From Chloroflexota bacterium (lineage in GTDB: Bacteria > Chloroflexota > Dehalococcoidia > UBA2247 > JAXHVC01): a stretch of 57,133 bases of DNA. Both the position numbers and the translations under genes were made by a program. The stretch is from positions 1 to 57,133 of the forward strand of contig JAXHVC010000003.1 in assembly GCA_034189315.1 (NCBI GenBank), written 5' to 3'. Below are positions 28,871 to 36,238 of this stretch, one piece after another. Position 1 is the first letter of the stretch. Each line of letters begins with the position of its first letter. A model generated the notes under the pieces. That model did no database searches. It was not told the DNA's origin and worked only from the letters and a program-made list of their open reading frames with translations.

Positions 28871-29299
28871 ATGGCATGGCCATTGAGGATCGAGTTTGAT
28901 GGTGCTATATATCACATCACCTCACGAAGTAACGAGCTGAAACCCATATACAAGGATGATGAACATCGCACCATGTTCCTGGACATAGTCAAAGAAGTAG
29001 AAGCTAATGTATCCCAGAGGAAGATTGATTCATCAATACGTTAACTGAGCACATCGAGGAGCAAAGGAACACAGATGAGATTCCGAGGAGACAAGAGTTT
29101 TATTGGCAGATAAAGACTGCAAGAGATTCTTTCGGAAGAGATTGTGAAAGACAGGAGTTCCAGGGATGAGATGACACGAGCAGCAGTAGAGGGGTATGGA
29201 TACACTCAGAAGCAGGTGGCTGATTATCTTGGTATGGACTATTCAACAATAAGCAGGTTGATGAACCGGCACAACCAAATGTCAAGATTTAAGACCTGA
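28871..29299 (+). pseudogene. decayed REP-associated tyrosine transposase (RAYT / IS200-like Y1) gene lacking the HUH core
   Basis: The N-terminal 45 aa [43 protein letters not shown] match the RAYT N-terminus. After a stop, another frame carries the C-terminal HTH-like tail RLQEILSEE...EGYGYTQKQVADYLGMDYSTISRLMNRHNQMSRFKT*. The HUH/Tyr catalytic middle is absent. Confidence 0.6.
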
Positions 29300-29367
29300 C
29301 CCCATTCGTGTTTGATTTTTCTCCAAGAAGAAGGTTATACTAGCTCACGAATCGAAGATACGATCCA

Positions 29368-29556
29368 GGAGTGCCCAAGCGTGAGCAAGGGCTTAAACAA
29401 GGAGCAAGCCCGGCGAAAATCCGGCGCAGTCCCGCCTGCTGTAAAAGTCAGAACTCCGGCTCTAAAGGATCAAGGCCTCCGCGGAGATAGGGGGGCTCAG
29501 GACATTAACTGGGCACTTTATGAACCTCTTGCTCCCAGAAGCTAGAGGTTTTTTTA
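29368..29556 (+). promoter_or_regulatory. cobalamin riboswitch-like leader 1 with its own intrinsic terminator
   Basis: Conserved core ggcgaaaatccggcgcagtcccgcctgctgtaa followed by a B12-box-like agtcagaactccggc. P1 candidate agtgccc(29369-)/gggcact(-29517). Terminator aacctcttgct...agctagaggtt plus a T7 run at 29523-29556. Confidence 0.8.
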
Positions 29557-29607
29557 TGCACTAAGATAGTTATCGTTCTAATGACCACAACTGAATAGTC
29601 GATAAAG

Positions 29608-29800
29608 GGGGTGCCCGAGCGTAAGCGAGGGCTCAAACGAGTGGCAAGTCCGGCGAAAATCCGGCGCAGTCCCGCCTGCTGTAAAAGTCAGAACCCCGGC
29701 CCCCAAAATATCGAACGCTTCCCGCGGAGAAAGGGGGTGCGCTTCATGATTAGAGCACCATAATGTCCCCTTGTTCTCAGGAGCGAGGGGATTTTTCTTT
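29608..29800 (+). promoter_or_regulatory. cobalamin riboswitch-like leader 2 with its own intrinsic terminator
   Basis: Near-identical core (gtccggcgaaaatccggcgcagtcccgcctgctgtaaaagtcagaaccccggc). P1 candidate ggtgccc/gagcacc. Hairpin tcccct...agggga plus atttttcttt at 29766-29800. AGGAGG and GTG 29888 lie downstream. Confidence 0.8.
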
Positions 29801-29887
29801 CCCCTAGCATTGCATCATCTTACCCAGTCATTCGAAAATCATCGATTTTCCGAAAGGGTGAGTTGTTGCCAAAATCAAGGAGGAAAA

Positions 29888-31879
29888 GTGAAGAGGAATA
29901 AGCAATTTATATGTTGTGCTCTAAGCTTGCTCATCACAATCACAGCATTGCCGCTTATGAGCCCAACGACTATGACGGCCTTCAGCCCCTACCCAATCCA
30001 AGCCACCGATACCCAGGTGGCTGATGCTCTTAACTACCTCAGAGGCGAGCAAACAACCAGCGGAGATATCGGTGGATTCGCCGCTTCGGCCTGGGTTATT
30101 ATGGCCATCGCCGCTGCTGGCGAGGATCCAAACGATTGGTCGACAAATCCAGGCACCGATCCCTCGATTGTCGATTATCTTAGAGATAACGTCGCAAGTG
30201 CCACCACACTCAATGACTATGCGAGGACAGCCCTAGCTATTGTATCTGCACAGGAAGATCCATCTGGCTTCGGACCTAGTGGGAGCGAGATAGACTTCCT
30301 CTCTCTAATTCAGAGCGAACACGATGGCACACAATTTGGAGAATCCGACCTGCTAAATGATGACTTCTGGCCACTCATGGCACTCATTGCATCTGGTATT
30401 GGCCAGGATGAGGCCATTGTCACCAGCACTGTGAGCTTCATCAAAACAAACCAGAACATCGATGGCGGCTGGAGCTGGGGTGTTGGCGGCGATAGTGACG
30501 TTGATGACACCGCTGCCGCCATCATGGCTTTAATAGCAGCCGGAGAAGACCAGACTTCAACAGAGATCACCGATGGTTTGGCCTATATCAAATCCATGCA
30601 GATGGATAATGGAGGCTTTGACTCTTGGGGATCTACTAACGCCGATACAGATTCCTGGGCCACAATGAGTATTGTCATGGCGGGCCAGGATCCCACACAT
30701 ACCACCTGGCAGAGTGGAACAGGCAATGATGCTCTTGATGACCTTGTAACCTTCCAGCAAGGCGATGGTTCTTTCCACTGGCAAAATGGTACGCCAGGAA
30801 TGAGTGTACCAAAGACCACAGCCACCGCAATTCAAGCCCTCCTAGGCAAACCATGGCCCACAGGTGGATACACCATTAACATCCGAGTGGAGGGGCAAAC
30901 TACAACGGTGTTCAGTGGAGATGTGACCGTATGGCAATCCAGAATCGTTGCTGATAATAGCTCAGTCCTTCACACACTGCTGCAACCCACCGCCATAGGC
31001 GCCCTCGATAAAGCATCTCAGATAGGAGGCTTCCCCTATGAGACTACGGATGCTTATGGTAGCCTCTTTGTTACATCCATAGCAGGTGAGGCCAATGCGG
31101 GAACAGATGGATGGCAGTATTGGATCGACTACGCCACTCCCGCGGTTGGCGCTGCCGATTTCTTGTTTTCGGAAACCACTCCTCCCAATCCACCCCATCA
31201 GGAAGAGATCTGGGGATATGGAGGATTTCCGCTATATCCACTATTGATCGAGAGTAGTAGTTACACGGTAGATGTCGATGAGAGCTTCACAATCACAGTA
31301 ACAGATGAGAGTGGCCCTGTGGCCGACGCCACCGTCTCTATTGATGGTGTTGCTCAAGCAGATCTCACCAATGCCTCTGGACAGGTTACACTCGCTCTGA
31401 GTACTGATGGCACAGTCGAGATTCATGCAGACAAAGATGGATCAGTCCGTAGCGAGAGAATTAACGTTACCGCAGAGGAAGGCGGAGGGCCACCACCCGA
31501 GCCCGAAGAGGATGGAGCAATTAGCCTTAGTTCTACTATTGCACCAGCAATTGCCATCTCTGTGTCACCAGATGCAATGGTTTTTGAATCAGAACTCTAC
31601 GATAACCTGGGTCCTGGAGATATCAGCGCACCCGAGACGTTGACTGTCGACAACTTGGGCACCTTGAGCCTCGATATCACCGTTGGAGTCACGCCCAGCT
31701 CAGACAACCTGTTCCGCGAAGGGGTACACGTTGAGGCTGTTCTTTGGAGCGAATACATCCGTGAAAACCTTACCAGAAGTGAGACCATGAACGCCGACGC
31801 AACCCTGGTGGTCCCAGAGACCTACTCTGAGATCGGTGAAAAGACCGGTGTCATGATTATATGGGCTGAAGCAACCTAG
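29888..31879 (+). CDS. secreted alpha/alpha-toroid (prenyltransferase/terpene-cyclase-like repeat) + DUF4430-like + Ig-like multidomain protein; transcobalamin-like architecture
   Basis: AGGAGG lies 4 nt before GTG 29888; the track start at 29771 sits inside terminator 2. Signal peptide KRNKQFICCALSLLITITALPLMSPTTMTA. Repeated toroid motifs (DGGWSWGVGGDSDVDDTAAAIMALIAAG; NGGFDSWGSTNADTDSWATMSIVMAG; DGSFHWQNG). DUF4430-like block (INIRVEG...ALDKA...YGSLFVTSIAGEANAGTDGWQYWIDY). A Big/Ig-like module, a GGGPPPEPEE linker and a final beta-rich domain follow. Confidence 0.85.
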   Translation: MKRNKQFICCALSLLITITALPLMSPTTMTAFSPYPIQATDTQVADALNYLRGEQTTSGDIGGFAASAWVIMAIAAAGEDPNDWSTNPGTDPSIVDYLRDNVASATTLNDYARTALAIVSAQEDPSGFGPSGSEIDFLSLIQSEHDGTQFGESDLLNDDFWPLMALIASGIGQDEAIVTSTVSFIKTNQNIDGGWSWGVGGDSDVDDTAAAIMALIAAGEDQTSTEITDGLAYIKSMQMDNGGFDSWGSTNADTDSWATMSIVMAGQDPTHTTWQSGTGNDALDDLVTFQQGDGSFHWQNGTPGMSVPKTTATAIQALLGKPWPTGGYTINIRVEGQTTTVFSGDVTVWQSRIVADNSSVLHTLLQPTAIGALDKASQIGGFPYETTDAYGSLFVTSIAGEANAGTDGWQYWIDYATPAVGAADFLFSETTPPNPPHQEEIWGYGGFPLYPLLIESSSYTVDVDESFTITVTDESGPVADATVSIDGVAQADLTNASGQVTLALSTDGTVEIHADKDGSVRSERINVTAEEGGGPPPEPEEDGAISLSSTIAPAIAISVSPDAMVFESELYDNLGPGDISAPETLTVDNLGTLSLDITVGVTPSSDNLFREGVHVEAVLWSEYIRENLTRSETMNADATLVVPETYSEIGEKTGVMIIWAEAT

Positions 31880-31894
31880 GTCTGAAAGTTAAGC

Positions 31895-31926
31895 AGCAAG
31901 TGGGGAGGGAGACCTCCCCACTTGCT
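31895..31926 (+). other. intercistronic perfect stem-loop (14 bp, GAGA loop)
   Basis: agcaagtggggagg-gaga-cctccccacttgct, 16 nt after the stop at 31879. No T run follows, and the next start is at 31957. Confidence 0.5.
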
Positions 31927-31956
31927 AAGATAAACCACCATTATGGAGTATGAATA

Positions 31957-32511
31957 ATGCGATTTGCGATCAGCGCCCTAGTGATCATGGTGTTCTTATT
32001 CTTCTATCCCCCCCCTCCAATAGCAGCTGCAGCTGGAGTGGGTGTCAGTCCCGGCGAATTGGATTTTGAGGTTATTTCGGAGGTCCCTGTCATGGATGCC
32101 CTCACAATAGCAAATACTCATGACAACAAGTCCTCATACCATGTCTATGCCGAAGGAGAATACGGGGATTGGTTTGAGATCACCCCAGAGGAGTTCTCGC
32201 TGTCCCCAAACGAGACCAGTGAGGTGATTGTTAAGGTGTTGCCATTGGCAACCACACAGGGCAATCACACAGCAAAAATCTGTATTGTATCCTTCGATCC
32301 CTCCTCAGATCTCGCAGTCGGTGCCGGCGTCAAAGTTCGAGCTAATATAACAGTCCCGCAAGCCCTCCCCGGATCGTCAGACGCATCGAGTTTTCCATGG
32401 CTACACTTTGTACTGGCCATGACTCTCATTATCCTCATGATCCTTGTTTTCACGTTTGTAATGCTCAGAAGGAAAGGTCAGAATGCCGATGGGCAGATTG
32501 TCGAGAATTAG
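31957..32511 (+). CDS. small surface protein: signal peptide, one Ig-like/beta-sandwich domain, C-terminal TM anchor
   Basis: Signal peptide MRFAISALVIMVFLFFYPPPPIAAAAG. Segment VGVSPGELDFEV...SLSPNETSEVIVKV. Terminal FPWLHFVLAMTLIILMILVFTFVM plus LRRKGQ. Confidence 0.7.
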   Translation: MRFAISALVIMVFLFFYPPPPIAAAAGVGVSPGELDFEVISEVPVMDALTIANTHDNKSSYHVYAEGEYGDWFEITPEEFSLSPNETSEVIVKVLPLATTQGNHTAKICIVSFDPSSDLAVGAGVKVRANITVPQALPGSSDASSFPWLHFVLAMTLIILMILVFTFVMLRRKGQNADGQIVEN

Positions 32512-33502
32512 ACCACCACTGTTGTTTCTAGTTATCATCGTCTCTCTCCTATCAATGGCAGTACCTAGCTGCTCAGACGAAAAATCAGAGCCAGATGGTG
32601 AGCTATCTCAATCCGCTGCGAATACTACCTCTAGTCAATCTGCCAGGATTGTGGTAACCAAAGACTTTGGTGCGACAGTGTTGGAGGATGAAACCCTTGA
32701 CCCGATGGGAGACATCACAGCTCTAGAAGCATTAAAACAAGTGGCCAAAGTCGAGACTAGTTACGGTGGCGGATTTGTTAATGCAATCGATGGCCTTTGT
32801 TCAGAATACACAAGCGGTCATAAGAACAAGGCAGATTGGTTCTGGTATATAAATGGTATGCAATCAAAGACGGGAGCAGGGGAATACAAACTGCGTCCGG
32901 GTGATGTGGAGCACTGGGACTTTCGCGATTGGAGCTTTCACTACTCCGTTCCTGCCATCGTCGGCCACTTCCCAGAGCCTTTCCTTCATGGCTATGGCGG
33001 GAAGGTTAGCTCAACAGTAGTAGTCTACCAGGACGGATTTGCAGATGAGGCCAAAGACCTTGTCATCAGACTTGGTGAACTGGGGATTGCCGAGGTCATA
33101 TCTAAGGAGGTGGCGATCCTAACCGGATATGAGAAGGAGCGTTCAAATCTTATCATTATTGGCACTGAGAGCTGCAATCTGATCTCCGAGCTTAACTCGG
33201 GCAGACTCTACAACCGGGCAGGATTCTTTGCCCAATTGAAGGATAATAAGATAACCGCTTATGATGCCAAGGGTGATGTCAGCGCCACATACGGAGCCGG
33301 GTGCGGCTTGATCCAGGCCACGCAGAATCCATGGAATAGTAAAGGCATCGGTGCATGCGATAACGTTGTATGGACGGTTGCAGGAACCGACGCTACTGGG
33401 GTAGAAACAGCTGTCGATGTCCTACTTGAAACGCCCGAGGAATTTGGATTTGCTTGTGGTCTTATTGTATCCGAGGAGGAAGTCCTAAGGGTGCCCCAAT
33501 GA
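32483..33502 (+). CDS. DUF4430-domain lipoprotein (transcobalamin beta-domain-like)
   Basis: Signal peptide ending LLSMAVPSC (lipobox-like). DUF4430 signature ALEALKQVAKVETSYGGGFVNAIDGL...DWFWYINGMQSKTGAGEYKLRPGDVEHWDF. A C-terminal ~180-aa domain was not recognised. Confidence 0.8.
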   Translation: MPMGRLSRIRPPLLFLVIIVSLLSMAVPSCSDEKSEPDGELSQSAANTTSSQSARIVVTKDFGATVLEDETLDPMGDITALEALKQVAKVETSYGGGFVNAIDGLCSEYTSGHKNKADWFWYINGMQSKTGAGEYKLRPGDVEHWDFRDWSFHYSVPAIVGHFPEPFLHGYGGKVSSTVVVYQDGFADEAKDLVIRLGELGIAEVISKEVAILTGYEKERSNLIIIGTESCNLISELNSGRLYNRAGFFAQLKDNKITAYDAKGDVSATYGAGCGLIQATQNPWNSKGIGACDNVVWTVAGTDATGVETAVDVLLETPEEFGFACGLIVSEEEVLRVPQ

Positions 33503-34428
33503 TAGAGTTCACCTATAGCGACAAGGGATCAATAATCCACAAACTGAGTCCCTATTGCAAGGCAGTATGGTTTGTCGGCATGGTCCTGCTTGCCTTGCTC
33601 TTCGATCATCCCTTGCATCTCTTATTGCTTCTGGTATGCACAATCATTGTTATCTTTGCAGCAAACGTATGGCGAGAGTGGAGTAGGATAGTGGGTATGA
33701 TGATACTTTTGTTTCTGCCTGCTCTGATCTTTATCAATGCTGTTGTGGCCAACGAAGGCACGCATGTCCTATGGAACACATCCCTTCATATTCCCACGCT
33801 GGGGGTGATGGTAGTGACTTTGGAGGGAATTGTCTATTCTCTGCTCATGTCCCTGCGTCTACTAATCATCGTATCAGCTTTCACTATAATCACCTATGCT
33901 CTACACCCTGATGATTTAATGCTCTTGCTACTAAAACTGAGATTGCCCTATAAATCTGTGCTCGTCACCTCGGTGAGCACGAGGTTTGTGCCCACCTTGC
34001 TGGCCGATGCTAAGACCATTGCCGAGGTACAGCGCTCCCGAGGTCTGGAGCTTGATAAGGGGAATATGGTTCTCCGTGTACGGCGCTATGTCTCTATCTT
34101 CATTCCTCTATTGGCCAACTCGGTGGATAGGACGATCCAGGTCGCCGAGGCGATGGAATCTAGAGCTTTTGGCACAGGATCTGGCAGAACCTTTTATAAG
34201 CAAATTGCGTTCGGCCAAAGCGACCTCCCTGCCTTGATGATTCTCTTAGTCGCATTCGCTTTGGGCATAGCTATGGCCCTTCTCGGACAGGGAACCTATA
34301 ATCCCTATACTGATCTTGAGAACCTGGGCCTCCCCTCTGCTGAAGGAGGCCTCCTTGCCCTTCTGGGGCTGCTCCTTATGCTTCTCCTGCCCCTAGCGCA
34401 TCTTCAGGCAAGGAGGGATCTTGATTAG
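33499..34428 (+). CDS. ecfT: ECF transporter transmembrane (T) component, CbiQ family
   Basis: ATGA start/stop overlap with the upstream gene (33499-33502). Polytopic. IHKLSP near the N-terminus and the coupling-helix region VTSVSTRFVPTL...AEVQRSRG / ANSVDRTIQVAEAMESRAF are typical of CbiQ/EcfT. Confidence 0.85.
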   Translation: MIEFTYSDKGSIIHKLSPYCKAVWFVGMVLLALLFDHPLHLLLLLVCTIIVIFAANVWREWSRIVGMMILLFLPALIFINAVVANEGTHVLWNTSLHIPTLGVMVVTLEGIVYSLLMSLRLLIIVSAFTIITYALHPDDLMLLLLKLRLPYKSVLVTSVSTRFVPTLLADAKTIAEVQRSRGLELDKGNMVLRVRRYVSIFIPLLANSVDRTIQVAEAMESRAFGTGSGRTFYKQIAFGQSDLPALMILLVAFALGIAMALLGQGTYNPYTDLENLGLPSAEGGLLALLGLLLMLLLPLAHLQARRDLD

Positions 34429-36238
34429 CTTTCAAGACTTTACCTTCACCTATAGCGATGCACCAAGGCCTTCCCTGAGCAACATCAGCCTGGACATCAA
34501 AGACAGTGAGTTTGTACTTATAACAGGACCCTCCGGCAGTGGAAAATCCAGTTTACTACGCTGTATTAACGGGCTCATCCCCCACTTCCATGGAGGCACC
34601 ATCTCAGGCAGGGTTATGGTGCAGGGATTGGAGGCAGGAAGACACTCTACAAAGGAGCTGGCTACCATAGCAAGTATGGTCTTCCAGGATCCAGAGAACC
34701 AGCTTGTCACAGCCGATGTGGAGCGAGAGATATCGTTTGGCCTGGAGAACCTTGGCTTCCCGAGGCAGATTATTGCCAAGAGGCTGGAGGAGTCGCTGGA
34801 TACTCTGAACATCGCTCATCTTCGCTATCGACGGGTTCATGATCTCTCTGGTGGAGAGAAACAGAAGGTGGCCCTGGCCTCTGTGCTAGCCCTTCATCCC
34901 GAGATCCTGCTTATGGATGAGCCTACATCCGAGCTGGACCCCAAGGGAGCTGAAGAGGTTCTCTCAATAGTGAGCCGGCTCAACGATGAGCTAGGAATTA
35001 CCATCCTCCTTGTTGAACATCGGTTGGAACGGGTCATCCACCTCGTCGATAGGATGATAGTTATGGATGAAGGGGCTATTATCATCGATGGTGCACCCCG
35101 ACAAATCTTTGTTTATAAGGGAATCGAGGAGACTGGCATCGGGCTACCTCCACTGGCCAGACTATTTCAAGGTCTCCAGAGTAGAGGAATACCCATCAGA
35201 GATACCCCCCTAACCGTCAAGGAGGGACGAATAACTCTGAGCCAATGGTTTTCTAATGGCCATCGTCACATTGATTTGAACGAAGCTTCAAGAAACAAAG
35301 CTTACTCTACCTCCCTGGAATCCCCCCCAGATAAAACCCACGGTCGACTCTTTTCAAAGCGGAACTTTTTTACACCCTTTAGTAAAGGGGGTAAGAGGAA
35401 TCTTAATTCTAGGTTAGAGTCTGAAATCCCTATGGTTGGAATAGAGAAGCTATGGTTCACGTATGGTGATGGGCCCGCTGTTTTGAAGGACGTGAGCCTA
35501 ACCTTCTCCTCTGGGGAATTCGTAGCCATTATGGGCAGAAATGCCTCAGGAAAAACAACTTTGGTAAAACATATCAACGGACTCCTCAGACCCAGGAAGG
35601 GAAGCGTGACATCTCTGGGCATCGACACCAAGAAAACCACTGTCGCTGAACTGGCAAAAAGGATTGGCTTTGTCTTTCAGAATCCCAATGACCATCTCTT
35701 CGCCGAAACGGTAGAGGAAGAGTGTGCGTTTACACTTAGTAATCTTGGTTATCAGCATGGCGAGGTCAAGGACAGGATCGATGAGGTCTTGGAACAGTTC
35801 GGTCTGGCACACCGTCGATATGATTATCCCCGTTCTCTGAGTGGTGGAGAGAAGCAGCGTGTAGCCTTGGCCTCGGTTCTTGTAGCCAAACCGGAGATTC
35901 TAATACTCGATGAACCAACACGTGGGATGGAAGAGAGACTCAAAAGAGAACTGATGACCTTCCTTGGTGAATACTGTAAGAGGGGTAACACAGTTCTTCT
36001 GGTGACTCATGATGTGGAGATGGCAGCTGAATATACAGAGAGAGTAATCCTGATGAGTGAGGGGCAAGTTGTGGTGGAAGGTAGCAGCCGAGAGGTGCTC
36101 TCCCAAGCACTACTCTTCTCCCCACAAATCAATCGCTTGACCCAGGCCTTTGTCAAACACGGTGTACCCACAGATATCCTTACGGTCGATGAGGCGCTAG
36201 CGTATATCACCGGCGATGGGAGTCAATTGCATTCATGA
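34421..36238 (+). CDS. fused tandem ECF ATPase (EcfA-EcfA' in one polypeptide)
   Basis: Two full ABC cassettes: GPSGSGKSS...LSGGEKQKVALA...LLMDEPTSELD and GRNASGKTT...LSGGEKQRVALA...LILDEPTRGME. TTG start overlaps the EcfT stop by 8 nt. Confidence 0.9.
   Translation: MISFQDFTFTYSDAPRPSLSNISLDIKDSEFVLITGPSGSGKSSLLRCINGLIPHFHGGTISGRVMVQGLEAGRHSTKELATIASMVFQDPENQLVTADVEREISFGLENLGFPRQIIAKRLEESLDTLNIAHLRYRRVHDLSGGEKQKVALASVLALHPEILLMDEPTSELDPKGAEEVLSIVSRLNDELGITILLVEHRLERVIHLVDRMIVMDEGAIIIDGAPRQIFVYKGIEETGIGLPPLARLFQGLQSRGIPIRDTPLTVKEGRITLSQWFSNGHRHIDLNEASRNKAYSTSLESPPDKTHGRLFSKRNFFTPFSKGGKRNLNSRLESEIPMVGIEKLWFTYGDGPAVLKDVSLTFSSGEFVAIMGRNASGKTTLVKHINGLLRPRKGSVTSLGIDTKKTTVAELAKRIGFVFQNPNDHLFAETVEEECAFTLSNLGYQHGEVKDRIDEVLEQFGLAHRRYDYPRSLSGGEKQRVALASVLVAKPEILILDEPTRGMEERLKRELMTFLGEYCKRGNTVLLVTHDVEMAAEYTERVILMSEGQVVVEGSSREVLSQALLFSPQINRLTQAFVKHGVPTDILTVDEALAYITGDGSQLHS

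Noticed and set aside
27761-28915. Full-length 384-aa version of the ABC ATPase ORF
   Set aside because: The first ~60 codons are antisense to the RAYT N-terminal coding remnant and bear no resemblance to ABC N-termini. The internal TTG at 28735 gives a family-typical length and N-terminus.
29312-29545. 77-aa ORF across riboswitch unit 1, and the 29771 start of the next ORF
   Set aside because: The sequence is explained by the conserved cobalamin-riboswitch core and terminator. The 29771 start lies inside terminator 2, upstream of the real SD and GTG at 29888.
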